Shown: piece by piece, positions 28,498 to 39,110 of the stretch | How the letters are laid out: each line of letters opens with the position of its first letter | Position numbering within the stretch: position 1 is the first letter of the stretch | IMG/VR virus record: IMGVR_UViG_3300022752_005671 | Coordinates: 64,001 to 128,000 of that record | Length of the DNA stretch: 64,000 bases | Strand: one strand, 5' to 3' | DNA from: a virus | The notes under the pieces: generated by a model | The model's input: only the letters and a program-made list of their open reading frames with translations | Database searches by the model: none | What the model was told of the DNA's origin: nothing | Made by a program: the position numbers and the translations under genes

Positions 28498-31400
28498 ATG
28501 ACTATCATCGCGCATACAGCAGACATTCATTGGCGAGGATTGAGCCGCCATGATGAATACAGAGAGGTATTTTCTGCTTTCATCAAGGATTGTAAGAAAA
28601 ACAAAGTAGACCACATTTTTGTAGGCGGAGATATCTTTCATACTAAGACTTCAGGAATATCTCCTGAGTACATTGAACAGTTAACTTGGTGGTTAGAAGA
28701 AATGTCTAATGTGGCTACGGTTCATTTGACGTTAGGTAACCATGATGGTAATCTAACTAATCTATCTAGACAAGACGCAGTATCTCCTATAGTTCAAGCT
28801 CTCAATCATCCAAAGATTAAACTCTATAAAAAAAGTGGAGTTTATGAATTTGAATCTGGAATTAATTGGTGTGTATATAGTTTATTTGATGAAGAGGGTT
28901 GGCACACAGTCAAACCAGAACCAGGAAAGATCAACATCGCATGTTATCATGGACCGGTTTTGGGTTGTGTAACTGAATCCGGATGGGAGATTGATGAATC
29001 TCACATCAAAATAGATTTTTTTAAAGATTATGATTTTTCATTTCTTGGTGACATTCACCAAATGCAGTATCTAGGATATAGAGAAGATTCCAACGGCGAA
29101 AAAAAGCCTTGGATAGCATATCCAGGAACTCCTCTACAACAAAATTATGCAGAAGAGTTAAATCATGGATATCTTCTTTGGAAGATCAAATCTTCCGTTG
29201 ACTGGGACGTTACTTTTAAGAAGCTTCCCAACCCAAAGCCGTACGTGACCATTCAATGGAATGGTTCAAAACAAGAGTTTCTTGAAGAAGCTTCCAAGTA
29301 TCCAAAACAAACTAGATTTAGAATTAAATCAGCGTTAGATCTTTCACAAGATGATGTTTCATATTTGAATGAAACTTTAAAATCTGCGTATTCGGCCACA
29401 GAAGTAACCTTTAAATCTGAATATAGAGCAGAAAGTGAAACGATAAAAGCTGGTTCATCTACAATTGCAAAATCTGATCTAACATCATCAGAAGTAATTC
29501 TTGGATTAATTCAAACTTATTGCAAAGAAAATGGAAATACCAACGTTGATTGGGAAGTTATATCTAATCAAATTAAAAAATACATGTCTGCAGTCTCTTC
29601 ATCTGAAGACTACGTTAAAGGATCAAAGTGGTCTCTTAGACATTTGAAATGGGACAACACTTTCGCTTACGGCGAAGACAATGAAATTGATTTCACTAAA
29701 CTGAACGGTATTGTTGGGGTTTTTGGTCCTAATAGAATTGGGAAATCTTCTATTGTCGGTACTTTAATGTATTGTCTTTTTAATACGACTGATAGAGGAT
29801 CGTTAAAAAACCTTCATGTTTGCAACATTAGGAAAAATCATTGTTATGCAAGAGCAATTTTTGATCATAACGGAAAAATTTATATTTCAGAAAGACAGAC
29901 AGCAAAGTCTATCAATAAAAAAGGAATTACTACAGCATCAACATCATTGAATTTTTTTAGAATGAGAGATGATGGTGATGTTGATGATTTGTGTGATGAT
30001 GTTAGAACTGGAACTGAAAAGGTCGTTAGAAATCTTATCGGCACTAGCGAAGATTTTTCTTTAACTTCTTTGTCTGCACAGGGCGACATCAATGCATTCA
30101 TTTATCAAGGATCTACTAGAAGAAGAGCATCAATTTCTAGATTTTTAGGATTAGACATCTTTGATAAGATGTGCGATTTGTCTTCAAAAGATTTAAGTTC
30201 ATATAAATCACAGTTAAAAAACTTTCCAGAAAAAAATTGGGACGAACTGCAACTAGAACATGGATCTAAAATCTTACAATTGTCAGAAAAAATTGATGAG
30301 TTAATATCTTGTATTTCTTCAGCACAAGATCAATGCTCAGAACTTCGTTCTCAATTATCAACCCACCAAGGGCATAAACCAGTAACTCTTCATGATGTTG
30401 AAATTCAAGAAAAAAGAGTTAATTCTTTAAAGGCTTCTTGTAATGAAGCATGTTCAAAGATTGACATTTTAAATGTTGACATTCAATCATTAAAAGAAAA
30501 ACTGAAAGTTGTAGAAGAAGTTGAAGCGTCAGATGATATTGAAGATTTAAAATGTAAATTAAGTAAAATTGATGCTTTAGAAAAGTCGATTTTAGAACTA
30601 CAACATTTGCATGAAAAAGAATCTACGCTGTTAAAAACTCAGCAAAAATCTTTAAAAATTTTAGATGAAGTTCCTTGCGGAGATGAATATCCTACTTGCA
30701 AATTTATTAAGGATGCTCATCAAAACAAAGAAAAGATATCTCATCAAGAAGAAAAGATTCGATCATCATTGAAAAAGTTGAACGAATTAAATGATGCATT
30801 AAAGATTCTAGAAAAAGATTCATTAATTTCAAAGATTAATAAACTTGAAAAAGCTTCAACATTATTGTCCAAGCTTCATCTTGAAATTTCTAGAAAAGAA
30901 ACAGAAGTTGAAAAGATAAGATCTACATGTGACTCTACTAGAGCAGCATTAAATGAAGCAGAACAGCGGTTAGTTGATCTTCAAGAAGCATTAAAAAATG
31001 ATGAAAATTCTGAAGTTGTTTCTTTAAGGTCAAAATTAGAAACATTATCTAGATCAATTAGAGGATGGGATGATGAGAAGTTGACATTGGCAACACAAAA
31101 AGGAAAGCTAATGTCAGAAATTGAAAAACTTGAATCAGAAAAAGAATCAAGAAATTCTCTTTTAAAGACGATGAAGACTTATGAGATAATTTCTGGGGCT
31201 TTTTCTAAAAAAGGTATTCCATTAATCATTACGAGATCGCAGCTACCTGTAATCAATGCAGAAATTTCAAAAATTTTGCACGGGATTGTTGATTTTTCTG
31301 TAGAGCTTGAAAATGATGATGAATCAGACGCTTCTGAAATTTATATCAACTATGGTGATTCAAGAAGAATCATAGAGTTATGCAGTGGAATGGAAAAAAC

Positions 31401-31656
31401 AATAGCATCTATTGCATTGAGGGTTGCTTTAGTTAATATCTCTTCGATGTCAAAATCTGACATGCTTGTTATTGATGAAGGATTTGGAACTCTTGATGAT
31501 GCAGGAGTTGAAGCTTGCAATAGGTTATTAACAAGTTTGAAAAAATATTTTAGACTTATTCTAGTAATTACTCATGTAGATGGAATAAAAGACATAGCGG
31601 ATCATGTTCTTGAAATAACGAAGAATGAAAAAGATTCAAAGGTAGTTTTTGTATGA
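28498..31656 (+). CDS. fused Mre11/SbcD nuclease-Rad50/SbcC ATPase (gp47-gp46 fusion)
   Basis: HTADIH, GGDIFH, GNHD and GDIH phosphoesterase motifs; GPNRIGKSS Walker A; coiled coil with CGDEYPTC hook; LCSGMEK signature; LVIDEGFG Walker B; ITH. Confidence 0.9.
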   Translation: MTIIAHTADIHWRGLSRHDEYREVFSAFIKDCKKNKVDHIFVGGDIFHTKTSGISPEYIEQLTWWLEEMSNVATVHLTLGNHDGNLTNLSRQDAVSPIVQALNHPKIKLYKKSGVYEFESGINWCVYSLFDEEGWHTVKPEPGKINIACYHGPVLGCVTESGWEIDESHIKIDFFKDYDFSFLGDIHQMQYLGYREDSNGEKKPWIAYPGTPLQQNYAEELNHGYLLWKIKSSVDWDVTFKKLPNPKPYVTIQWNGSKQEFLEEASKYPKQTRFRIKSALDLSQDDVSYLNETLKSAYSATEVTFKSEYRAESETIKAGSSTIAKSDLTSSEVILGLIQTYCKENGNTNVDWEVISNQIKKYMSAVSSSEDYVKGSKWSLRHLKWDNTFAYGEDNEIDFTKLNGIVGVFGPNRIGKSSIVGTLMYCLFNTTDRGSLKNLHVCNIRKNHCYARAIFDHNGKIYISERQTAKSINKKGITTASTSLNFFRMRDDGDVDDLCDDVRTGTEKVVRNLIGTSEDFSLTSLSAQGDINAFIYQGSTRRRASISRFLGLDIFDKMCDLSSKDLSSYKSQLKNFPEKNWDELQLEHGSKILQLSEKIDELISCISSAQDQCSELRSQLSTHQGHKPVTLHDVEIQEKRVNSLKASCNEACSKIDILNVDIQSLKEKLKVVEEVEASDDIEDLKCKLSKIDALEKSILELQHLHEKESTLLKTQQKSLKILDEVPCGDEYPTCKFIKDAHQNKEKISHQEEKIRSSLKKLNELNDALKILEKDSLISKINKLEKASTLLSKLHLEISRKETEVEKIRSTCDSTRAALNEAEQRLVDLQEALKNDENSEVVSLRSKLETLSRSIRGWDDEKLTLATQKGKLMSEIEKLESEKESRNSLLKTMKTYEIISGAFSKKGIPLIITRSQLPVINAEISKILHGIVDFSVELENDDESDASEIYINYGDSRRIIELCSGMEKTIASIALRVALVNISSMSKSDMLVIDEGFGTLDDAGVEACNRLLTSLKKYFRLILVITHVDGIKDIADHVLEITKNEKDSKVVFV

Positions 31657-31952
31657 AAGATTGGAAACCTTATCTAAATGATAGATTAATCAAAGAGCAT
31701 GAAGGATTTTATGTTATTAAGCCTTCAGAAGAAAGAAATTTTGTGCCGATAGTGTGTCCAGTTTGCAATTATTTAATGAGAACTTTGGACGATGAAAAGT
31801 CATATAGACAATTTGAATGTTGCGAAAGTTGTGAGACTTATTGGGCACGTCCTAATTTAACTGCGTGGAGAAATGGGTGGAGACCTGATAAAAAAGATAT
31901 ATTGAAAAAGTTTTCTGATGGAAAAAAGATATTATCAAACGTGCACATTTGA
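31653..31952 (+). CDS. small Cys-rich (Zn-finger-like) protein
   Basis: CPVC and CCESC motifs; overlaps the upstream stop. Confidence 0.65.
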   Translation: MKDWKPYLNDRLIKEHEGFYVIKPSEERNFVPIVCPVCNYLMRTLDDEKSYRQFECCESCETYWARPNLTAWRNGWRPDKKDILKKFSDGKKILSNVHI

Positions 31953-31985
31953 ATTATCTCAATATTTAATTGGTAGAGATATAAT

Positions 31986-32366
31986 ATGTCAGATTTAGAT
32001 TATAACGCACTAGGCCAAGCTATCGATACGACATGGGGAAAATCATCATCTCCTATTGTGAATTCATTTTCAGTAAAAATGTCTTTAGTCGGTCCAGATA
32101 TGCTTAAAGTTTCTTATCAAACCGTCGTTAATTTTGCATCAGAACGACAAATGTTACAAGTTAAGTTACAAGAACAAGATTTGTCTTCTAATAACATCAA
32201 ATCCGTGCTTGATGCTGTAAAAAATTCTTATAAAGATTTAACAAATAAATCTCTTAAGTTAAAAGAAGTTAGTTCTGGAGATTCTGTGGAAATTATTGGA
32301 ATGGCAGTTCATAACCCAAAGAAAACAGCAATTTACAGAAAAAATGTTATGTTTCAAGTAGGATGA
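31986..32366 (+). CDS. hypothetical protein immediately upstream of the terminase
   Basis: 126-aa ORF preceded by ATATTTA. Confidence 0.65.
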   Translation: MSDLDYNALGQAIDTTWGKSSSPIVNSFSVKMSLVGPDMLKVSYQTVVNFASERQMLQVKLQEQDLSSNNIKSVLDAVKNSYKDLTNKSLKLKEVSSGDSVEIIGMAVHNPKKTAIYRKNVMFQVG

Positions 32367-32367
32367 A

Positions 32368-34002
32368 ATGCAAGAAAAACCGCTGACAAAGCATCAGCAA
32401 ATTAATGAAATCGTTAGATGCGGAAAAGATCCTGCATACTTTATAAGAAAGTATGCAAGAATTCAACATCCGCTAAAGGGAACGATACCATTTGATTTAT
32501 ATCCTTTTCAAGAAAATTGTCTGGATGATTTTCAAAAGAATCGTTTTAATATAGTTCTAAAATCAAGACAGTTAGGATTATCAACAATTTCTGCTGCATA
32601 TGCAGTTTGGTTAGCTATTTTTTATAAGGATAAAAACATTCTTGTAATTGCGACAAAATTAGCTACTGCTCAAAACTTTATTCGTAAAGTTCATGTAATG
32701 CTTCAATCGTTACCTAAGTGGCTATTGATGCCAAAATTTGAACCTTCGAAACAGCAAATTTCTTTTAGCAATGGTTCCATCGTTAAAGCAGTTCCTACAT
32801 CTGAAGATGCAGGACGCTCAGAATCTCTTTCATTATTGATAGTTGACGAATGTGCATTTATTAGAGATTTTGATACGATATGGACAGGCTTATATCCTAC
32901 CCTGACGACTGGAGGTAATGCTATATTAATTTCATCTCCAAATGGTGTCGGAGGTCTTTACTACCGCCTTTGGGTTGAAGCAGAAGCTGGAACGAATGAA
33001 TTTAATCCGATAAGGCTTCCGTGGACTGTGCATCCTGAACATGATGAAGAATGGTTCATTAAAGAAACAAGAAATCTTCCTAAGAAAAAAGTAAGCCAAG
33101 AATATCTTTGCGATTTTATCTCTTCAGGAGATACTTTTTTACAGTCTGAAGATTTAGAAGATTTAAGGTCGTTAGTTAGACATCCCATAGAAAAATCTGG
33201 ATTTGATAGAAACATTTGGATATGGGAACATCCAATCGTTGAAAAAAGATATGTTATTTCAGCTGATGTTTCTAGAGGCGATGCGGCTGATTATTCTGCA
33301 TTTCATATTTTAGATCAAAAAACCTGTGAAGTTGTTGCAGAATACATGGGCAAAATACCTCCTGAAAAATTTGCTGATTTACTATCCGAATGGGGAAAGA
33401 AATACAACAACGCTTTGATTTGTCCAGAAAACAACACGTTCGGATACTTCGTTAACGTTAAGCTTAGAGATACAGGATATCCAAAGTTGTACTATTCTAG
33501 CCACAGAGGAGACCCATTTTCTTATAGTCCAGTTAATCAAGATGAATTACCTGGGTTTCAAACGAATCAAAAATCTAGAGTACAAATTCTTACTAAATTA
33601 GAAGAATTAATCCGTAATAAGACTTTAAAAAGTCATTCTCAAAGGCTTTATGACCAACTACAAGCCTTTATATGGAACGGAAATAAACCAATGGCATCTA
33701 AAGACAGTCATGATGACTTAATCATGAGTCTTGCTATTGGAAGTTGGCTAACGGAAGGCGCACAAGGAACCAATGATTCTGGTTACGCTATGGCCATGGC
33801 AATGTTAAAAGCTACAGGCGTAGCAAGCATTGATGCAAGATCAATTCCAAATAATCCTACATACGCATTAGGTTCAAATTCTAAAAATCAAAGCCAAATC
33901 AATCCTGCAAACGTTTATAAACTTAGAGAATCATCTCAAGTAAAACATTTAGATCCAAAAACGAATCATGGAATGGATGATTTTTCATGGTTGTATAAGT
34001 GA
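32368..34002 (+). CDS. gp17: terminase large subunit (T4 gp17-like)
   Basis: KSRQLGLST Walker A, LLIVDECAF Walker B, ISSPNG, ISADVSRGDAADYS and HDDLIMS nuclease motifs. Confidence 0.95.
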   Translation: MQEKPLTKHQQINEIVRCGKDPAYFIRKYARIQHPLKGTIPFDLYPFQENCLDDFQKNRFNIVLKSRQLGLSTISAAYAVWLAIFYKDKNILVIATKLATAQNFIRKVHVMLQSLPKWLLMPKFEPSKQQISFSNGSIVKAVPTSEDAGRSESLSLLIVDECAFIRDFDTIWTGLYPTLTTGGNAILISSPNGVGGLYYRLWVEAEAGTNEFNPIRLPWTVHPEHDEEWFIKETRNLPKKKVSQEYLCDFISSGDTFLQSEDLEDLRSLVRHPIEKSGFDRNIWIWEHPIVEKRYVISADVSRGDAADYSAFHILDQKTCEVVAEYMGKIPPEKFADLLSEWGKKYNNALICPENNTFGYFVNVKLRDTGYPKLYYSSHRGDPFSYSPVNQDELPGFQTNQKSRVQILTKLEELIRNKTLKSHSQRLYDQLQAFIWNGNKPMASKDSHDDLIMSLAIGSWLTEGAQGTNDSGYAMAMAMLKATGVASIDARSIPNNPTYALGSNSKNQSQINPANVYKLRESSQVKHLDPKTNHGMDDFSWLYK

Positions 34003-34028
34003 GAGTATACATATAAGCATTCGAGGTA

Positions 34029-34334
34029 ATGAACATGACATTGAGTAAAAAAAAGCTTCAACTTTCTTTGAATGAAGATGCAAAAACTATTTATGAAGGA
34101 TTAAATTCTCAAGAAGCACGAGATTTATTCAAATGCGTTACTGATTTATACGAAGAAGTTAATGAATTTGAGAATTGCGCACCACCTGCTGCCATCGATG
34201 CATTATCTCCTCATTTAAATCATGTTAGAGAAATGCTTGAAATGATGATGCAAAATCCAATGAATTATGTTTCTAACCTTCAAAAAGAAAAGGAAGAATC
34301 CCAAAAAGTTGTATTGAAGCCAACAAAAGCCTGA
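34029..34334 (+). CDS. hypothetical protein
   Basis: lies between terminase and portal; GAGG RBS. Confidence 0.6.
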   Translation: MNMTLSKKKLQLSLNEDAKTIYEGLNSQEARDLFKCVTDLYEEVNEFENCAPPAAIDALSPHLNHVREMLEMMMQNPMNYVSNLQKEKEESQKVVLKPTKA

Positions 34335-34394
34335 TTTTTTTAATCAACTAATAATTTAGGTTTTATAATATTTGATTGAAGGTTAAGACTAAAA

Positions 34395-36341
34395 GTGTCA
34401 AAAGAAAATCAAAATTTATTTCAACGATTGAGCCGTTTGTTTAAAAGCGGTCCTGTAGTAAAGCGTAAAGTAAAATCGATTGATACTACAATTGCAGTCG
34501 CTGACAAGACCAAATCTTCTGGTGCTCTTCTTTTCCAAAGATCTACATCTCCAACTTACTCTGTAATAACTGCAAATTCTTATAATCTCTCAGAACGTTT
34601 GATGAGATATCAAGATTTCCAAGAAATGGAATATACTGCAGAAATTGCAGCTGCTATGGACATCTATGCTGACGAAACAGTTGCACAAGATGATAAAGGA
34701 AGGGTTCTTCACGTTTATTCTGATGATGAAAAAATTAGAGATATTTTAGAAGATCTTTTCTACAACGTTTTGAATGTAGAATTTAATCTTCGATCTTGGG
34801 CTCGTAACCTTGTCAAATATGGCGACTTTTTTCTCTATAATGATGTTTCACCAACGCAAGGCGTAATTCATGCTTTCCCAATCCCAGTAAATGAAATTGA
34901 ACGTGAAGAGAATTATGATAGAGAAGATCCATTTGCGGTTCGTTATCGATGGTCAACTCTTGGGAACAGAACATTAGAAAATTGGGAAGTTACGCATTTC
35001 CGTCTTTTAGGAAATGATATGTTTCTTCCTTATGGATCATCGCTAATCGAACCAGCTAGAAGGATTTGGAGACAGTTAATTCTTCTAGAGGATGCAATGT
35101 TGGTTTATCGTGTTGTTCGCGCTCCTGAACGCCGTGTGTTTTATATTGACGTTGCTAATATTCCTCCTGAAAACGTTCCAATGTATGTTGAGGAACAACG
35201 AAAGAATCTTCGTACAAATCAAGTAATTGACAGAAATACTGGAAGAGTAGATTTAAGGTATTCTCCTCTAAGCGTTGAAGATGATTACTTCATTCCAGTC
35301 AGAGGCGGAGAATCAGGTACAAGAATTGATACTTTGGCCGGCGGCCAAAATGCTGCAACCGTTGAAGACGTTCAATATATGCAAAAGAAATTATTTGCAG
35401 CATTAAAAGTTCCAAGAGCTTATCTAGGATATGATGAGATGTTGTCTTCTAAGGCAACATTAGCTCAAGAAGATATTCGCTTTTCTCGTACAATAAGCGT
35501 TATTCAAAAAACTCTTATTTCTGAATTAAATAAATTAGCAATCATTCATTTATATTCTCATGGATATGACGGCGAAGAATTGCAAAATTTTACATTAAGG
35601 CTATCTAATCCTTCTACTATAGCGCAGCAACAAAAGCTTGAATTATGGAAATCTAAATTTGAAATTGGAGGATCTCTTCCAGAAGGAATGGGAAGTAAAA
35701 GATTCGTTCAAAAAGAAATTTGGGGTCTTAATGACGATCAAATTGATGAAATTAACGATCAAAGACTTAAAGAGAAAGTTACAGATCTTGGAATTGAAGG
35801 AGCGACCGCAGAAGCTGGAGAAGCTAGTCCCGAACAACCAGCAGCAGAAGAACCAGCTGCCGGAGAAGAAGCAGGAGGCGAAGAAGCCTCGGCCGGCGAA
35901 GATTTATTTGCAAATGATGACGTTAGCGATGATGCTTCTTCAAACTCAAAGCTTTTGATGTCAAGCAATATTGATGATGACGTTTTGCCAAGCATTGATG
36001 AAAAAGATTCAGCCCCAGTAAAGCCGAATGCTTATTCAAAAAAATACGCTTATAATCGTAAACGCCGCAGAGTGCAAAAGCACATACCAGATTTTAATAC
36101 TATGTTAAGTTCAAAAAACTCTTCATTATCTGATCCTCATGACAAAAACTGGATGAAGAGTTTGGTTAGCAATCCATTTGGAGAATCGGTAGATTTATCT
36201 AATGTGAGAAGTTCGCCTCCTCCTCTTTCTCCAAACATGATATCAACTTTAAAAAAGATGTCTAATACTTTCGGTATCGTTTCTAAAAAAGAAGGATTAT
36301 TAACTGAATCTGAAGAAATAGATATTGAAGTTAAAGAATGA
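34395..36341 (+). CDS. gp20: portal protein (T4 gp20-like) with an acidic C-terminal extension
   Basis: EDAMLVYRVVRAPERRVFYIDVANIP, EDDYFIPVRG, IDTLAGGQN, LFAALKVP. Confidence 0.93.
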   Translation: MSKENQNLFQRLSRLFKSGPVVKRKVKSIDTTIAVADKTKSSGALLFQRSTSPTYSVITANSYNLSERLMRYQDFQEMEYTAEIAAAMDIYADETVAQDDKGRVLHVYSDDEKIRDILEDLFYNVLNVEFNLRSWARNLVKYGDFFLYNDVSPTQGVIHAFPIPVNEIEREENYDREDPFAVRYRWSTLGNRTLENWEVTHFRLLGNDMFLPYGSSLIEPARRIWRQLILLEDAMLVYRVVRAPERRVFYIDVANIPPENVPMYVEEQRKNLRTNQVIDRNTGRVDLRYSPLSVEDDYFIPVRGGESGTRIDTLAGGQNAATVEDVQYMQKKLFAALKVPRAYLGYDEMLSSKATLAQEDIRFSRTISVIQKTLISELNKLAIIHLYSHGYDGEELQNFTLRLSNPSTIAQQQKLELWKSKFEIGGSLPEGMGSKRFVQKEIWGLNDDQIDEINDQRLKEKVTDLGIEGATAEAGEASPEQPAAEEPAAGEEAGGEEASAGEDLFANDDVSDDASSNSKLLMSSNIDDDVLPSIDEKDSAPVKPNAYSKKYAYNRKRRRVQKHIPDFNTMLSSKNSSLSDPHDKNWMKSLVSNPFGESVDLSNVRSSPPPLSPNMISTLKKMSNTFGIVSKKEGLLTESEEIDIEVKE

Positions 36342-36416
36342 TTAAAAAATTTTTAATTTCCTAATTGTATTATATTATTTATTTTTTATAACCACTAAAG
36401 AAAGGATCTGACCTTA

Positions 36417-37274
36417 ATGTCGGTTCATAATAAAAAAAGAAATACTGGTTTGTTATACGAATTTTTAATAAAGACGATATCACAAGCCTTAGTAGATGAT
36501 GATAAGAAAAAATCTTCAAAAGCATTGAAGATCGTAAAAACGTATTTCAAACCAGGAACAGAACTTTATAAAGAGTTTCGTTTAATAAACTCAATTATAA
36601 AGACAACAGTTAGTTCAGAAGCTGTAGCTGCTTCGATATTAAATGAAGCAAAGTTAGCTGCAAGATCTCATGATTTAAATGAACTTGATAAAGAAAAATC
36701 TTTATTAATTAGATCAATAAATCATCAATTAAATGATGATCATTTTTATGACCAACATATCTCAGAATATAAAACTTTTGCTACTGTTCAAAACTTACTA
36801 AACGATTGGAGATCAAAATCCCCTGATCTTTCTCGGATGGCATCATATGAAGATCAAATCGTTAATTGGCTTGTGACCGCGAAACAAGAGAAAAGTGATC
36901 ACATTGTTGTTGAAGGATCGCAAGGTTCAAATAGACTATTAATGAAGATCATGATGAAGAAGCTTGGAGAGAAATATGATAATTCTCTTACAAATGAGCA
37001 AAAATCTTTAATAAAAGCATACGCGTTTTCATCAGCAAATGATGATAATAAAACAATTTTATTAAAAATTAAAGAAATTAAAGAAAAGCTTATTAATTCA
37101 ATAAATTCTTATCTTTTAGAAAACTCTAAGAGCGAAAAATATCTATCAGATAAGTTAAATGAAGTGAAATCTAATTTGCTTGTTGATCATGAACAAGTAA
37201 ATGACTCTATTGTTGCTGAATATATGTTATACATCAAATTAATTGATGAATTGTCAGGAGGAGAAAATGTCTGA
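36417..37274 (+). CDS. head-module hypothetical protein
   Basis: 285-aa ORF between portal and prohead protease. Confidence 0.65.
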   Translation: MSVHNKKRNTGLLYEFLIKTISQALVDDDKKKSSKALKIVKTYFKPGTELYKEFRLINSIIKTTVSSEAVAASILNEAKLAARSHDLNELDKEKSLLIRSINHQLNDDHFYDQHISEYKTFATVQNLLNDWRSKSPDLSRMASYEDQIVNWLVTAKQEKSDHIVVEGSQGSNRLLMKIMMKKLGEKYDNSLTNEQKSLIKAYAFSSANDDNKTILLKIKEIKEKLINSINSYLLENSKSEKYLSDKLNEVKSNLLVDHEQVNDSIVAEYMLYIKLIDELSGGENV

Positions 37275-37878
37275 TTTAAGATTAATTAACTCGTATCAGG
37301 TTTTTGATTATACTCCTGAACAAATTAAAGAAGCAAAAGAAGAAAATTCTGGTAAAGTCGTGATGAAAGGTGTTTTACAAAAATCAGATACCTTGAATCA
37401 AAATGGCAGAATTTATCCTCGTAACGTTTTGGAACGTGAAGTTCGTAACTATCAAAAGTTTATCATCGAAAATCGTGCATTAGGTGAATTAGACCACCCA
37501 GATTCTTCTGTTGTTAATCTTAAGAATGTTTCTCACATTGTAAGAGAAGCATATCTTGATGGTGATGTAGTTTATGGATCTGTAGAAATACTGGACACAC
37601 CTTCTGGAAAAATATTACAATCTCTCGTTGAGTCAGGAGTGAAACTTGGAATTTCTTCTAGAGGAGTAGGAACGACAAAAAAGCAAGGCGACTATCAAAT
37701 AGTTCAAGACGATTTTCAATTAATTTGTTGGGACTTCGTTTCTGAACCTTCTACACCAGGAGCATTCATGATGGCAGAAGGAAGACAAATTAATCCAGAT
37801 GAATTACAAAGAGTATTCACAAAATCGGATAGAATTGATAGAATACTCAATGATATTCTTACTTCGAAAGGTAAATGA
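37267..37878 (+). CDS. gp21: prohead core protease (T4 gp21-like)
   Basis: NQNGRIYP, ALGELDHP, GISSRG and DFVSEPS; AGGAGGAG RBS supports ATG 37267 rather than 37243. Confidence 0.92.
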   Translation: MSDLRLINSYQVFDYTPEQIKEAKEENSGKVVMKGVLQKSDTLNQNGRIYPRNVLEREVRNYQKFIIENRALGELDHPDSSVVNLKNVSHIVREAYLDGDVVYGSVEILDTPSGKILQSLVESGVKLGISSRGVGTTKKQGDYQIVQDDFQLICWDFVSEPSTPGAFMMAEGRQINPDELQRVFTKSDRIDRILNDILTSKGK

Positions 37879-38288
37879 ACATGGGAATGAATGATCCAAG
37901 AATTGGTTTTAATTCAGTTACTGAATTCATGGGGTCTGGACTTCCATGGGTGTTATCAGAGACTATATCAAGCACTGTTGTACAACATTCATTTGAAAAG
38001 GTTACAAAACATATAAAGATAAGAAATCATGCAGCTGATGGAGTCTATGTTAGATTAGGTTTTACTAGAAATGGAATTAACGGCGTCGGCGCAAATTATT
38101 ATTATAAAATAAACGGTCAAGAAACTTTAGAGCTTGACGCAAGAGTAAAAGAAATATTTCTTTTAAGAGATGCAGCGACCGATTGTGCAGTCAGCGTATA
38201 TGTCGAGTTGGTTGGTATTGATGCTTCAATGATGCCAGTTTTGACAGGATCAGTTGGCGGCACGGCATTCTGGGAAGGTGTTGGTTGA
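37875..38288 (+). CDS. head-module hypothetical protein
   Basis: 137-aa ORF coupled to the protease stop. Confidence 0.65.
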   Translation: MNMGMNDPRIGFNSVTEFMGSGLPWVLSETISSTVVQHSFEKVTKHIKIRNHAADGVYVRLGFTRNGINGVGANYYYKINGQETLELDARVKEIFLLRDAATDCAVSVYVELVGIDASMMPVLTGSVGGTAFWEGVG

Positions 38289-38291
38289 CAT

Positions 38292-38711
38292 ATGGGAATT
38301 ACTAAAGGACAATTAAAAGCTATTGTTAAAGAATGTCTTGTGGAGATTCTTGCTGAAGGAATTGGTTCTTCTAATAAATCTTCAATTCAAGAATCTTCTA
38401 CTAAGACTCAAAAAATGCAAGAAAAAGTTGTATCTCCCCGTAGAGGAGAACATGTTAAGTACAGCAAAACCATTGCCGAGACAATTAAACGTGAATCTAA
38501 TGGTAATTCAGTAATGGAGTCAATCTTTGCAGATACGGCAGCAAACACTTTGCCAATTATGTTAAATGAATCGCAACATGCTCAACCATTGGCACCTGCT
38601 AGCTCTATAGAAGGTGCAGTAGCAAGAAGTACCCCAGAACAGTTATTCGGAAATGACGTTGCTTCTAAGTGGGCTGAATTAGCATTTTCTGAAACGCCAA
38701 AGAAATTTTAA
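38292..38711 (+). CDS. head-module hypothetical protein
   Basis: N-terminal ITKGQLKAIVKE motif. Confidence 0.65.
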   Translation: MGITKGQLKAIVKECLVEILAEGIGSSNKSSIQESSTKTQKMQEKVVSPRRGEHVKYSKTIAETIKRESNGNSVMESIFADTAANTLPIMLNESQHAQPLAPASSIEGAVARSTPEQLFGNDVASKWAELAFSETPKKF

Positions 38712-38765
38712 TTTTTTTTTTAGTAACAATAATTAAAGTATATATATTTGCACGAGGTTTATATC

Positions 38766-39068
38766 ATGAAGCTTACATCAACAGTATTAAAGAGAATTAT
38801 TGCAGAAGAAGTTGCCAAAATCAAGGAAGCAAAACTTTTTGGTGACATGGAATCTACAGAGGATGCAGCAAAGGACGCAGAAGAAGTTGATGCTGATGAA
38901 TATGCAGATTCTCTCGAGCATCATGTAGATCACTATAAGGCTCTTGGATTAGAAGAAGCTCGTTTAGTCAAGAGACTTTCTCAAATTCAAGAAGCAAAGA
39001 AAAAAGTTGCAAAAAAAGTTGTTGCAAAGAAAGCAGCAGCAAAAAAAGCACCAAAAAAGTCAAAGTGA
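38766..39068 (+). CDS. putative internal head protein with a Lys/Ala-rich H1-like tail
   Basis: GAGG RBS supports ATG 38766; MKLTSTVLKRIIAEE N-terminus; AKKKVAKKVVAKKAAAKKAPKKSK C-terminus. Confidence 0.65.
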   Translation: MKLTSTVLKRIIAEEVAKIKEAKLFGDMESTEDAAKDAEEVDADEYADSLEHHVDHYKALGLEEARLVKRLSQIQEAKKKVAKKVVAKKAAAKKAPKKSK

Positions 39069-39110
39069 TTTGATTATTTGTTTTTGTAGATTTTTATAGG
39101 AGGAAATGAC

